From assembly GCA_963718585.1 (NCBI GenBank), contig OY970357.1:540001-572000 (forward strand): DNA of 32,000 nucleotides, written 5' to 3'. Of this stretch, positions 17,078 to 25,302 are shown in pieces; position 1 is the first letter of the stretch; each line of letters begins with the position of its first letter. The notes below the pieces were generated by a model that saw only the letters and a program-made list of their open reading frames with translations, was not told where the DNA came from and searched no databases. Position numbers and translations under genes: made by a program. Source of the DNA: Candidatus Saccharimonadota bacterium. GTDB lineage: Bacteria; Patescibacteriota; Patescibacteriia; 2-12-FULL-60-25.

Positions 17078-17155
17078 ACGATTGAGTTTTTATTTGAGAT
17101 TTTTGGTTTATTTTTTTCGTTCCGAGTTCAACGATCCCTACTCCCGACTCTCAGC

Positions 17156-18052
17156 TCACTCCTTCTTCCTCGCCCCTCTGACCTTTGCGCTTCGTGCCCG
17201 CGGATTCCGAGAGACCTCTTCTTCCGTCGGCTCGAGGGGACGCTTAGTGAGCGGCTCCAGGTCATCCGCGTCTCGGAATGCATGTTTTACGATGCGATCT
17301 TCCAGCGAATGGAAACTGATGATCGTGATCACACCGTCTGGTTTGAGGAGGTTCCGCGCCGACTGGATCGCATCGCGGAGCGCCCCAAGCTCATCATTGA
17401 CCGCGATCCGAAGCGCTTGAAACGTCCGTGTCGCGGGGTGGATCCGTCCATGCTCGTAGGAGGCTGGGGCAGCCGAGCGGATCACCTCTGTCAGGTCCAA
17501 CGTGGTCGCGATCGGCCTTTCCTTTCGCATCGCGACGATGGCGGAGGCGATACGTCGGGCGTATCGTTCCTCGCCGTCCTCACGGAGGACGCGTTCGAGA
17601 TCCGCCTCTGACCAGGTGTTCACGATGTCCGCTGCCGTGAGACCGTCGTCGTTCGCACGTGGGCCGAGCCGCATATCGAGCGGACCGGCGACGCGGAACG
17701 ACAGGCCCTTGGACGCATCCATCAATTCATCGGAAGACACGCCGAGATCGATGAGGATCCCGTCGACACCATGCACGCCGCGATCCTGGAGGACCTGCGT
17801 CATGTCACGGAAGTTCGCCTCGATGGCCATGAAACGATCGCCATACGAGGCCAAGGTCTCACGCGCCCGTTCAAGCGCTCCCGGGTCGACGTCAAAGGCG
17901 TAGACATGGCCGTTCGGCGCGGATCGTTCGAGGAGTTCCCGCGTGTGCGTTCCTCCACCGAGCGTGGCATCCACGTAGACGCCTCCGTCATGCGGACGGA
18001 GGAACTCCATGACCTCGGAGGTCATGACGGCTTCGTGAATGGTTGGACTCAT
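17156..18052 (-). CDS. rsmH: 16S rRNA (cytosine1402-N4)-methyltransferase RsmH (MraW)
   Basis: HEAVMTSEVMEFL...YVDATLGGGTHT and DLGVSS motifs. It overlaps mraZ by 4 nt. Confidence 0.95.
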   Translation of the reverse strand: MSPTIHEAVMTSEVMEFLRPHDGGVYVDATLGGGTHTRELLERSAPNGHVYAFDVDPGALERARETLASYGDRFMAIEANFRDMTQVLQDRGVHGVDGILIDLGVSSDELMDASKGLSFRVAGPLDMRLGPRANDDGLTAADIVNTWSEADLERVLREDGEERYARRIASAIVAMRKERPIATTLDLTEVIRSAAPASYEHGRIHPATRTFQALRIAVNDELGALRDAIQSARNLLKPDGVITIISFHSLEDRIVKHAFRDADDLEPLTKRPLEPTEEEVSRNPRARSAKVRGARKKE

Positions 18053-18477
18053 ATCGCGCTCCCGAGACGTTCTGCGATATCATTCCCAGCCGCTTCGGTC
18101 TTCGCCGAGTATTCCTTCCACGCCTCTTCGTCCCAGATCTCAAGCCGATCATAGAGCCCGGTCACGACCGCACGCTTCGTGAGTCCTGCGTACTGACGCA
18201 GATACTCCGGAACGCTGACGCGGCCGGATTTGTCGACATCCACGTCCATGGCACCCGCAAGCATGAGCCGGGCGAAGGCGCGTGTGTCGGCTTGTCCGAG
18301 CGGCAGGGCTGAGATCTTGGCCGCCAGCTTTTCCCAATCCGATTTGGGATAGAGGAAAAGCGAACGGTCGAGGCCGCGGGTCACCACGGCACCCTGCGCC
18401 AGATCGGCACGAAATTTGACCGGTATGGATAACCGGCCCTTCTCATCAAGAGTGTGATGGAATTCTCCGATGAACAT
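18049..18477 (-). CDS. mraZ: Transcriptional regulator MraZ
   Basis: MFIGEFHHTLDEKGRLSIPVKFR and a second DKSGRVSVP repeat. I chose the ATG at 18477; the ORF track starts at 18504. Confidence 0.9.
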   Translation of the reverse strand: MFIGEFHHTLDEKGRLSIPVKFRADLAQGAVVTRGLDRSLFLYPKSDWEKLAAKISALPLGQADTRAFARLMLAGAMDVDVDKSGRVSVPEYLRQYAGLTKRAVVTGLYDRLEIWDEEAWKEYSAKTEAAGNDIAERLGSAI

Positions 18478-18484
18478 TTTATTT

Positions 18485-18520
18485 CCCACTTTCCCCCACT
18501 GCATCCCATTTTATGCCACT
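18485..18520 (-). promoter_or_regulatory. Four phased MraZ-box-like direct repeats (operator)
   Basis: On the minus strand: AGTGGC, AATGGG, AGTGGG, AGTGGG. On the plus strand these begin at 18515, 18505, 18495 and 18485, an exact 10-bp register. Confidence 0.6.
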
Positions 18521-18536
18521 TCTACACATGCGTCAA
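18508..18536 (-). promoter_or_regulatory. Sigma70-type promoter of the mraZ operon
   Basis: On the minus strand: TTGACG (18536-18531), a 17-nt spacer, then TAAAAT (18513-18508). Confidence 0.6.
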
Positions 18537-18596
18537 AGGATGTGGAAATCAAATTATTCCGCTTTACTAAGCGCTTATATTGTTCTTTTTTTGTTC

Positions 18597-18624
18597 CAAT
18601 GTGGATACATCATTTCCCACATTG
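18597..18624. repeat. 8-bp inverted repeat upstream of the mraZ promoter
   Basis: CAATGTGG-12 nt-CCACATTG. It contains a GTGGG motif and a TGTGGATAC 9-mer. Confidence 0.5.
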
Positions 18625-18626
18625 AC

Positions 18627-18648
18627 GAAAAAACCGGCGTTCGCCGGT
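18627..18648 (-). terminator. Rho-independent terminator of uvrC
   Basis: On the minus strand: CCGGC-gaac-GCCGG followed by TTTTTT. Confidence 0.75.
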
Positions 18649-18668
18649 CATATTCCGTTCTTTCTTGC

Positions 18669-19961
18669 CTATTCCCCGTTCAACATCTTTCGTGTTCGCA
18701 ACTTCCGATGGTACGTGATCGCAAAACGATGCGCCTCATCGCGCACGGCGACAAGGAGATCCTTATGCCGCTCGCACAGGGTGCAGATCTCCAGATTGTT
18801 CTCATCGCAAATGAGATCGTCCCGCTTCCGCTCCGGCCCCTTGGCCAATCCCACGACCGGGATCCCTAACTCGAAATGCTGGACCACGGCCTTCGCCGCG
18901 TTGACCTGCGGCCATCCTCCGTCGATCAAGATGAGATCCGGCTTACGCCAGGTATTGCGAAATCGTCGCACGAGCGTCTCTTTCATGGACGCGACATCGT
19001 TCGACCCCTTTACGGTCCGGATGCGGAATTTCCGATACTCGGCTTTGGCCGGCGCACCGTTCTCGAACACCACCATGGACGCGACCGTGGATGTCCCGGA
19101 GATGTTCGAGATGTCATATCCCTCGATCCGGCCGAAGAGATTCACCGGCGCCTCCCCTTCCCGGATCTTATCCACGTCCTCGTCCTCGCGCTTCATCACG
19201 GCGACATCCTGGATGTGCTCAAGGAAATAGATCTTATTCCGCAGTTCTGCGGCCTCCTCAAACCTCTGCGCCTTGGCCGCGAGCTTCATCTGCTTTGCAT
19301 ACTCTTTCAAGAGGATATCCTTTTTCCCGTCAAAGAATCGGATCAGGTCCCGGATGATCTTCGCATAGTCTTTTTTGGAGATCGCACCGATGCACACCCC
19401 CGGACACTGTTTAAGATGGTAATAAAAACACGGACGCTTTTGCCCCGGCTCACATGTGGACCACGGAATCGCCTTGCGAATGAGATCGAGGGCCGCGCGC
19501 AACGATCGCGGTGACGTATACGGACCGAACACTGCTTTGTATCGCTTTGACGCATCATCCCCCAGCTCGGTCCCACGAATGAGAAGCGGTTTGGGATACT
19601 CCTCCTTCGTGATCACGAGATAGAGAAAGCTCCGATTGTCCTTGTCTTTGACGTTATACGGCGGAAAATAATATTTGATGAGATTCGCCTCGAGGATGAG
19701 TGCTTCGATCGCGGTCGGCTTCTGGATATAGTCGATCGATCGTATCTCGCGGACCATCTGTGCGATCCGCGCGTCATGTGCCTTTTGGAAGTACGACGTC
19801 ACGCGCCGCTTAAGCGACGTCGCCTTGCCCACATAGATCACCTCCCCTGCCGCGTTCTTCATCAGATACACGCCGGGCGCATCGGGCAGCTCTCCATTCT
19901 TGATCTTCACCTTGGCCGGGATCATGCGGGCATCGTAGACTATTTCGCTTTTTAGAGCCAT
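18669..19961 (-). CDS. uvrC: Excinuclease ABC subunit C, short form (430 aa)
   Basis: GIY-YIG (GVYLMKNAAGEVIYVGKATSLKRRVTSYF), UVR (RFEEAAELRNKIYFLE) and the endonuclease domain (RIEGYDISNISGT...RDEAHRFAITYHR). The protein ends right after the endonuclease domain. Confidence 0.9.
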   Translation of the reverse strand: MALKSEIVYDARMIPAKVKIKNGELPDAPGVYLMKNAAGEVIYVGKATSLKRRVTSYFQKAHDARIAQMVREIRSIDYIQKPTAIEALILEANLIKYYFPPYNVKDKDNRSFLYLVITKEEYPKPLLIRGTELGDDASKRYKAVFGPYTSPRSLRAALDLIRKAIPWSTCEPGQKRPCFYYHLKQCPGVCIGAISKKDYAKIIRDLIRFFDGKKDILLKEYAKQMKLAAKAQRFEEAAELRNKIYFLEHIQDVAVMKREDEDVDKIREGEAPVNLFGRIEGYDISNISGTSTVASMVVFENGAPAKAEYRKFRIRTVKGSNDVASMKETLVRRFRNTWRKPDLILIDGGWPQVNAAKAVVQHFELGIPVVGLAKGPERKRDDLICDENNLEICTLCERHKDLLVAVRDEAHRFAITYHRKLRTRKMLNGE

Positions 19962-19970
19962 TCCTCACCA

Positions 19971-20000
19971 TTGACCAAATAGGCGTTTTATGGCCAGAAT
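19971..20000 (+). promoter_or_regulatory. Candidate promoter for the helical-repeat gene
   Basis: TTGACC, an 18-nt spacer, then CAGAAT. Confidence 0.3.
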
Positions 20001-20041
20001 GATGCGTACCTTTGGCAAAAACCCCTACACACGGAGGACAC

Positions 20042-21886
20042 GTGCAACGAATCCCGGACGCCGGCGAACTCGATCATCATCGGATCGCCAGCGAGCTGAT
20101 GACGCTCCTCGGATTCGAAGCCGACGAAGCGGAACGTTTCGTCGCCTCGGGACCGTTCGAAGATGTCACGCTCATGAACGCGCTCAAGCGCATCCGCGGA
20201 CTTGCGGACGCGATCGGACGTGGTCCGGCCGCAAAACTCTTGCGAGAGAATCCCGCATACGCGGAATGCCACCTCGAACGACTCGGCGAGCGGATGGAGA
20301 ACCTGCGCCGCGACGGGTATACCGACGCGGAAGCACAGCGGATCCTTTCGGACCTCATCGATCTATCGCGGATCAGCAACAAGCGCTTCTATGAGACGCA
20401 CAACGCTCTCTGCGACCTGCTGACCATCCGCAGACACCGGCACGCCCTCGTCCTGCACGAACCGCGTGTCTATCTCCTCCCGACGGCCAGCTTCAAAAAG
20501 CTGACCGGCATGACGTTCCACGACGCCCCGTCGTTCTGGAACGAGATCTGCGAACGGATCACCGACTGGGAGGTCTTGGTCTCCAAAGGCCCGCCCAGGA
20601 AGAATGCGTACCTGTCCGACGATGCACATCCGGTCTTCGAATTCCTCGTCCAGCGGAAGGTTCCGATCGGGACCGCGAAGACCCTCGCGATCCGCATGGA
20701 CAACGCGTTCGGCAACCGTGCCTGGGATGTCCTCACGGATTTCCTCCAGCGCGGATGGCATCCCGGACAGATCCGCAGCCTGCTGGACGCGAGTTTCCAC
20801 GGATGGCGAGAAGCACCCTCGGTCCTGTTCACGGCGGAAGACGCCTTGGCAGACATGGGGGCGGATGCGGACACGGTCCGCGATCTGCTCATCGAGCGTC
20901 CGGAGCTGACCACCGTCCCCCCGGAACGCCTCCGTGACACGGTCAGAGCATTCCAGCAGCGCGGGATCGACATCCGGCTGATCTTCAAAGGCCTGCGGAA
21001 TCACTGGCGCATTGCGACGGTGAGCGCGCAACAGCGCGACGCGTGGTTCACCCGATTGGCGGGTGCCCGTCTTTCACCGCTCGGGAACCTCCGCTCCCTG
21101 TACACCGGGACGGATCCACCGAGACTGCACATCAAGCGGAAGAAGAAGATGAAGGTCACGAAGACCATCAGGCCTCCGCGTCTGGTGGAAGAGGTGACCG
21201 AACGTCCGACCCTTCCCTCACCCGGCGCTTCACCGCCGCGCGAACCGCCCCTTCAATGTCCTGAGCCCCCGCGGGAACGACCGCAGCGGCAGACAGAAGA
21301 GGCTGATGGCGAGACCAGCGCACCCTTCCACAAGCCGACGCACGCGCTATCGGAAGAGGATCTGGACGCGCTCGATCGGATCGTCCCGAAGACATGGGAA
21401 CCGCTCATCCACGACATTCTCTGCACCGAAGGCGCAAGCAGTTGGTCAGAGGCTCTCTGGTCTTCCCGACGGGATCAGCTCTCCTGGATCTGGCAGCCGG
21501 CAAGCGATGCGGCGAAGGTCATCGAGACCTTCGCACGATGGGCGAGCTTCACTCCCCGAAAAGGAGAAGCGGACAATGCCCGCCCCATGTTGGCCGCGAT
21601 CATCAAGGATCCGAAGCTCCATCCGATCTTCAAACTGAAGCCCCAGGAGCTGCAGATCCGGATGGGCGTCCTCCGCAAGATCGTCCAAAAGGACTTTCTC
21701 ACGGACCCTGTCACGCTCCTGCTGCCCTTCGACCGTTTGGAACCGAAAGAGATCCAGTATCGGGTGAATGAGGTCGAGAGTCGGGGAAAAAGCGCGACGA
21801 AGCGCCCGTACCTCAACATGCTCGTCCTCGAAGACCGCGAGACATTCCAGCAACAGCTCGCGTTCTATCTCAAGTACCACGGCTAA
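20042..21886 (+). CDS. Large helical-repeat protein (mTERF-like repeats), orphan
   Basis: ~33-aa repeats of the form L..LG(F/Y/W/A)....(I/V)..LL...P.L. A central Lys/Pro-rich linker separates the two halves. The GTG start at 20042 follows GGAGGA; an alternative TTG is at 20012. Confidence 0.7.
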   Translation: MQRIPDAGELDHHRIASELMTLLGFEADEAERFVASGPFEDVTLMNALKRIRGLADAIGRGPAAKLLRENPAYAECHLERLGERMENLRRDGYTDAEAQRILSDLIDLSRISNKRFYETHNALCDLLTIRRHRHALVLHEPRVYLLPTASFKKLTGMTFHDAPSFWNEICERITDWEVLVSKGPPRKNAYLSDDAHPVFEFLVQRKVPIGTAKTLAIRMDNAFGNRAWDVLTDFLQRGWHPGQIRSLLDASFHGWREAPSVLFTAEDALADMGADADTVRDLLIERPELTTVPPERLRDTVRAFQQRGIDIRLIFKGLRNHWRIATVSAQQRDAWFTRLAGARLSPLGNLRSLYTGTDPPRLHIKRKKKMKVTKTIRPPRLVEEVTERPTLPSPGASPPREPPLQCPEPPRERPQRQTEEADGETSAPFHKPTHALSEEDLDALDRIVPKTWEPLIHDILCTEGASSWSEALWSSRRDQLSWIWQPASDAAKVIETFARWASFTPRKGEADNARPMLAAIIKDPKLHPIFKLKPQELQIRMGVLRKIVQKDFLTDPVTLLLPFDRLEPKEIQYRVNEVESRGKSATKRPYLNMLVLEDRETFQQQLAFYLKYHG

Positions 21887-21887
21887 C

Positions 21888-21911
21888 GCCCCCGTCCGAC
21901 GGGGGCTTTTT
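21888..21911 (+). terminator. Rho-independent terminator
   Basis: GCCCCCG-tccga-CGGGGGC followed by TTTTT. Confidence 0.8.
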
Positions 21912-24478
21912 CATTTGAAATAGCGTTTCAAGAACTGGCCCGTCACGCTCTTCGCGTTCCCCGCGATCTTCTCCGGCGTTCCTTCGGCCACGACCTTCCC
22001 GCCCTTGTCGCCGCCTTCCGGCCCCATGTCGATGATCCAATCGGCGTTCTTGATCACATCGAGATTATGCTCGATGACGACCACGGTATTTCCGCGCGCG
22101 ACGAGCTTTTGCAGGACCTCCAGCAATTTTCGGACATCTTCAAAGTGCAGTCCGGTGGTCGGCTCATCAAGAAGATAGAACGTATTCCCTGTATCGCGCC
22201 GCGCCAACTCGGTCGCAAGCTTCACGCGCTGCGCTTCACCGCCTGAAAGCGTCGTGGCCGCCTGACCGAGCGTGATATATCCAAGCCCCACTTCTTTCAG
22301 GATCTGCGTCCGATCATGGATCGGCGGAATGTCTTTGAAGAATTCATTCGCCTCTTCCACGGTCATCCCCAAAATATCCGAGATGTTCTTGCCGCGGTAC
22401 TTCACCTCCAATGTCTCGCGATCGAAACGCTTGCCTTTACAGACGTCGCAGGCCACATACACGGTCGGGAGAAAATGCATCTCGATCGCGATCTTCCCGT
22501 GCCCTTCACAATTCTCGCATCGTCCGCCCGGGACATTGAAAGAGAATCGTCCGCGCTTATACCCACGCATGCGCGCTTCCGCCGTGAGCGTGAAGAGCTC
22601 GCGGACATGATCCCAGATCCCGGTATAGGTCGCCGGATTGGACCGCGGCGTCCGTCCGATCGGCGACTGATCCACATCCACGATCTTATCCACCCATCCC
22701 ACGCCTTCGATCGCTTCATGCGCTCCGACCTTCACCGTCGATCCGTTCAATTCCCGCGCCATCGCGCGATACAGCACATCGATGAGAAGCGTGGACTTGC
22801 CGGAGCCGGAAACGCCGGTGATGCAGACGAAACGTTTGAGCGGGATCTTCACGGTCACGTTCTTCAGATTGTTCTCCGCCGCCTTGCGGACCGTCAGGAA
22901 TTGCTTGGCTGGAGGTCGCGGCCGCGACATCGGGATCTGCTTGTCTCCCCGGAGATACGCACAGGTGACCGAATTTGTATCCTTCAGGATCTCCGGCATG
23001 GGGCCTGCGGCAACGACCTCTCCGCCATGTACCCCTGCGCCCGGCCCGATATCCACGAGATAATCAGAGGATGCGATCGTGTCCTCGTCATGCTCCACGA
23101 CGATGATGCTATTGCCCAAGTCCCGCAATTTTTCCAGCGTCTCGATGAGCTTGGCGTTATCGCGCTGATGGAGGCCGATGGTCGGTTCGTCGAGCACATA
23201 CAATGCACCGACAAGGTGTGATCCGATCTGCGATGCGAGACGGATACGCTGAGCTTCACCGCCGGACAAAGATCCGGCGATCCGATTCAGGGTCAGATAG
23301 TGCAGACCGACATCCATAAGGAATTGGAGCCGCCCGAGGATCTCTTTCATCACCGGCGCGGCGATCTTCGCTTCCGTCTCGGAAAGTTTCAGCTTCTCAA
23401 AGAAGGCCAACGCGACATCGATGGTCATGTTCGATACGTCGACGATGTTCTTATCGTTCAACTTCACGTACAGCGCTTCGCCGCGCAAACGCGCCCCATT
23501 GCACGCCGGACAGATCTCATCCGAATAGATCTCCGTCGTCCCGATCCCGTTGCACGCCGGACACGCCCCATAAGGAGAGTTGAAAGAAAACAACCGCGGC
23601 TCGATCTCCGGGAACGCAAAATTATGCGCCGGACAGGAAAACCGCGACGACATGGTCTGCTCACTCCCATCGTCCAGGATGGCGACGATCGTATCTTCAC
23701 CGCGATCCAACCCGATCTCAATGGCTTCCGCGATGCGCTGGCGCAGACGCGCGTTCCCCTCGATGGGCCACGCAAGCGGGACCCGGTCGATCACCACCTC
23801 GATCGTATGCTGTTTGTAGCGCGAGAGGTTCACGCGCTCGCGGAGTGACTGCCACTTCCCGTCGAGACGGACCTCCAAAAATCCGGATTGATATAGGTCC
23901 TGCAACAGCTGGTGATACTCCCCTTTCCGCCCGCGGACGACCGGGGCCAGGATCACGATCTCATCCTTGGAGATCACGGTGACGTTCTTTGCCCGCGGCT
24001 TTTTGCGCGCTTCCTCGATCGTTTTCGCATCCGCATGGATGTCACGCGTGCGTTTGAGGATCACGTCCACCATCTCCTCGACCGTCATCTTTCGGATCGG
24101 CTCGCCGCCGATCGGACAAAACGGATGACCGGCACGCGCATACAGCACGCGCATGTAATCGTAGATCTCGGTGATCGTCGCGACGGTCGAACGCGGATTC
24201 GAGCTGTGCGCCTTCTGATCGATGGAAATGGCCGGCGACAGTCCTTCGATCTCATCCACGTCTGGCTTGTCCATTTGTCCGAGGAATTGCCGCGCATAGG
24301 CGGACAAAGATTCGACGTATCGACGCTGTCCCTCGGCGAAGATCGTATCAAATGCCAAACTCGACTTGCCGGAACCCGACATGCCCGTAAAGACGACCAG
24401 TTTATCGCGCGGGATCTCCAATGAGATGTTCTTAAGATTGTGCTCGCGCGCGCCTTTGATGATGATCTTGTCTTGCAT
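21911..24478 (-). CDS. uvrA: Excinuclease ABC subunit A (855 aa, lacks the insertion domain)
   Basis: [17 protein letters not shown], two ABC modules ([18 protein letters not shown], and LSGGEAQR twice). The start ATG is at 24478. Confidence 0.97.
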   Translation of the reverse strand: MQDKIIIKGAREHNLKNISLEIPRDKLVVFTGMSGSGKSSLAFDTIFAEGQRRYVESLSAYARQFLGQMDKPDVDEIEGLSPAISIDQKAHSSNPRSTVATITEIYDYMRVLYARAGHPFCPIGGEPIRKMTVEEMVDVILKRTRDIHADAKTIEEARKKPRAKNVTVISKDEIVILAPVVRGRKGEYHQLLQDLYQSGFLEVRLDGKWQSLRERVNLSRYKQHTIEVVIDRVPLAWPIEGNARLRQRIAEAIEIGLDRGEDTIVAILDDGSEQTMSSRFSCPAHNFAFPEIEPRLFSFNSPYGACPACNGIGTTEIYSDEICPACNGARLRGEALYVKLNDKNIVDVSNMTIDVALAFFEKLKLSETEAKIAAPVMKEILGRLQFLMDVGLHYLTLNRIAGSLSGGEAQRIRLASQIGSHLVGALYVLDEPTIGLHQRDNAKLIETLEKLRDLGNSIIVVEHDEDTIASSDYLVDIGPGAGVHGGEVVAAGPMPEILKDTNSVTCAYLRGDKQIPMSRPRPPAKQFLTVRKAAENNLKNVTVKIPLKRFVCITGVSGSGKSTLLIDVLYRAMARELNGSTVKVGAHEAIEGVGWVDKIVDVDQSPIGRTPRSNPATYTGIWDHVRELFTLTAEARMRGYKRGRFSFNVPGGRCENCEGHGKIAIEMHFLPTVYVACDVCKGKRFDRETLEVKYRGKNISDILGMTVEEANEFFKDIPPIHDRTQILKEVGLGYITLGQAATTLSGGEAQRVKLATELARRDTGNTFYLLDEPTTGLHFEDVRKLLEVLQKLVARGNTVVVIEHNLDVIKNADWIIDMGPEGGDKGGKVVAEGTPEKIAGNAKSVTGQFLKRYFK

Positions 24479-24605
24479 GGATAGGAAAATATCCCTCGGA
24501 GGCGCACATAGGGGTGCGGTCAAGGGTTTTGCAGAGCATACCCGACCCTTCTTACCCTGTCGAGATGATGGGGATGGACAATACGTTCGGACCTCCCATC
24601 AAATC

Positions 24606-24630
24606 AAAAACCGGACAAAGCCCGGTTTTC
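24606..24630 (-). terminator. Weak hairpin with U-run after the tRNA
   Basis: On the minus strand: CCGG-gctttgt-CCGG followed by TTTTT. Confidence 0.4.
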
Positions 24631-24634
24631 GATA

Positions 24635-24722
24635 TGGCGGAGAGGGAGGGATTCGAACCCTCGATACCTTTCGGTATGCTTGCTTTCCAAGCAAGTGCAC
24701 TAGACCACTATGCGACCTCTCC
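24635..24722 (-). tRNA. tRNA-Ser: tRNA-Ser, anticodon GGA, class II (long variable arm), CCA encoded
   Basis: Reverse complement: GGAGAGG tc GCAT agtggtcta GTGC a CTTGC ttGGAaa GCAAG c ATACC gaaa GGTAT c GAGGG ttcgaat CCCTC CCTCTCC g CCA. Confidence 0.95.
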
Positions 24723-24883
24723 GTACTCGCCTAAACGAGCCTCACTTTGTTCGGCCTTGAAGGCCTTACTTCATGTCGCTCGTTGGCTATGTTTTGCTTC
24801 GCTTCGTTCCGCGAGGGGGAGCGATGCGTATGCGCGTTTTCTTCACATTCTTCGTACCAAAGAACCTGAAAAATTGTGCCGGA

Positions 24884-24912
24884 ATCATAGCGGAATGACT
24901 GAGTTTATTCAA
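24884..24912 (-). promoter_or_regulatory. Candidate sigma70-type promoter ~155 nt upstream of the tRNA
   Basis: On the minus strand: TTGAAT (24912-24907), a 17-nt spacer, then TATGAT (24889-24884). Confidence 0.3.
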
Positions 24913-24951
24913 GGGCTGGGCTGTGCTATGGTTCAAAAGAACCCCCTCTGT

Positions 24952-25251
24952 ATGTCCAAAAACCCCTTTCTCAACGCCGGAGCCGCCGCGGTCTACATCG
25001 TCGCGATCGCGAGCCTTATGCAGTTCCTGACGAAGTTCGCTCCACCGAAGGACTCGCTCCTCGCCCCGATCGCGGTCCTCTCCCTCTTCACCCTTTCCGC
25101 GGGCGTCATGGGATATCTCTTTCTTAGCGAACCGATCCAGATGTATCTGGCGAATGAAAAGAAGAAGGCCGTTTCCCTCTTTGTCCAAACCCTCTTCGTC
25201 TTTGCCGGCATCACGGCCGCCGCGATCGTCCTCCTCTTCGTCCGGATCTGA
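24952..25251 (+). CDS. Hypothetical small membrane protein (99 aa, 3 predicted helices)
   Basis: Only the hydrophobic C-terminal part of ORF 24514..25251 is credible, because the upstream part overlaps the tRNA. An alternative start is at 24928. Confidence 0.5.
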   Translation: MSKNPFLNAGAAAVYIVAIASLMQFLTKFAPPKDSLLAPIAVLSLFTLSAGVMGYLFLSEPIQMYLANEKKKAVSLFVQTLFVFAGITAAAIVLLFVRI

Positions 25252-25260
25252 CCCCAAACG

Positions 25261-25288
25261 AAAACCGGCCCTCGAGGGCCGGTTTTTT
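25261..25288. terminator. Bidirectional terminator
   Basis: AAAA-CCGGCCC-tcga-GGGCCGG-TTTTTT. Confidence 0.85.
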
Positions 25289-25302
25289 GATCTCAATGGT
25301 GA

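Noticed and set aside
22316-23221. A 301-aa plus-strand ORF antisense to uvrA.
   Set aside because: It is a shadow ORF inside a certain uvrA reading frame.
24576-24590. GGACAATACGTTCGG upstream of uvrA, considered as a possible LexA (Cheo-box CGAAC-N4-GTTCG) site.
   Set aside because: Only one half-site matches. The other half has two mismatches, and there is no evidence of a LexA regulon here.
24514-24951. The N-terminal two thirds of ORF 24514..25251.
   Set aside because: It runs straight through the tRNA-Ser gene and its terminator. Only the hydrophobic C-terminal 99 codons look like a real gene.
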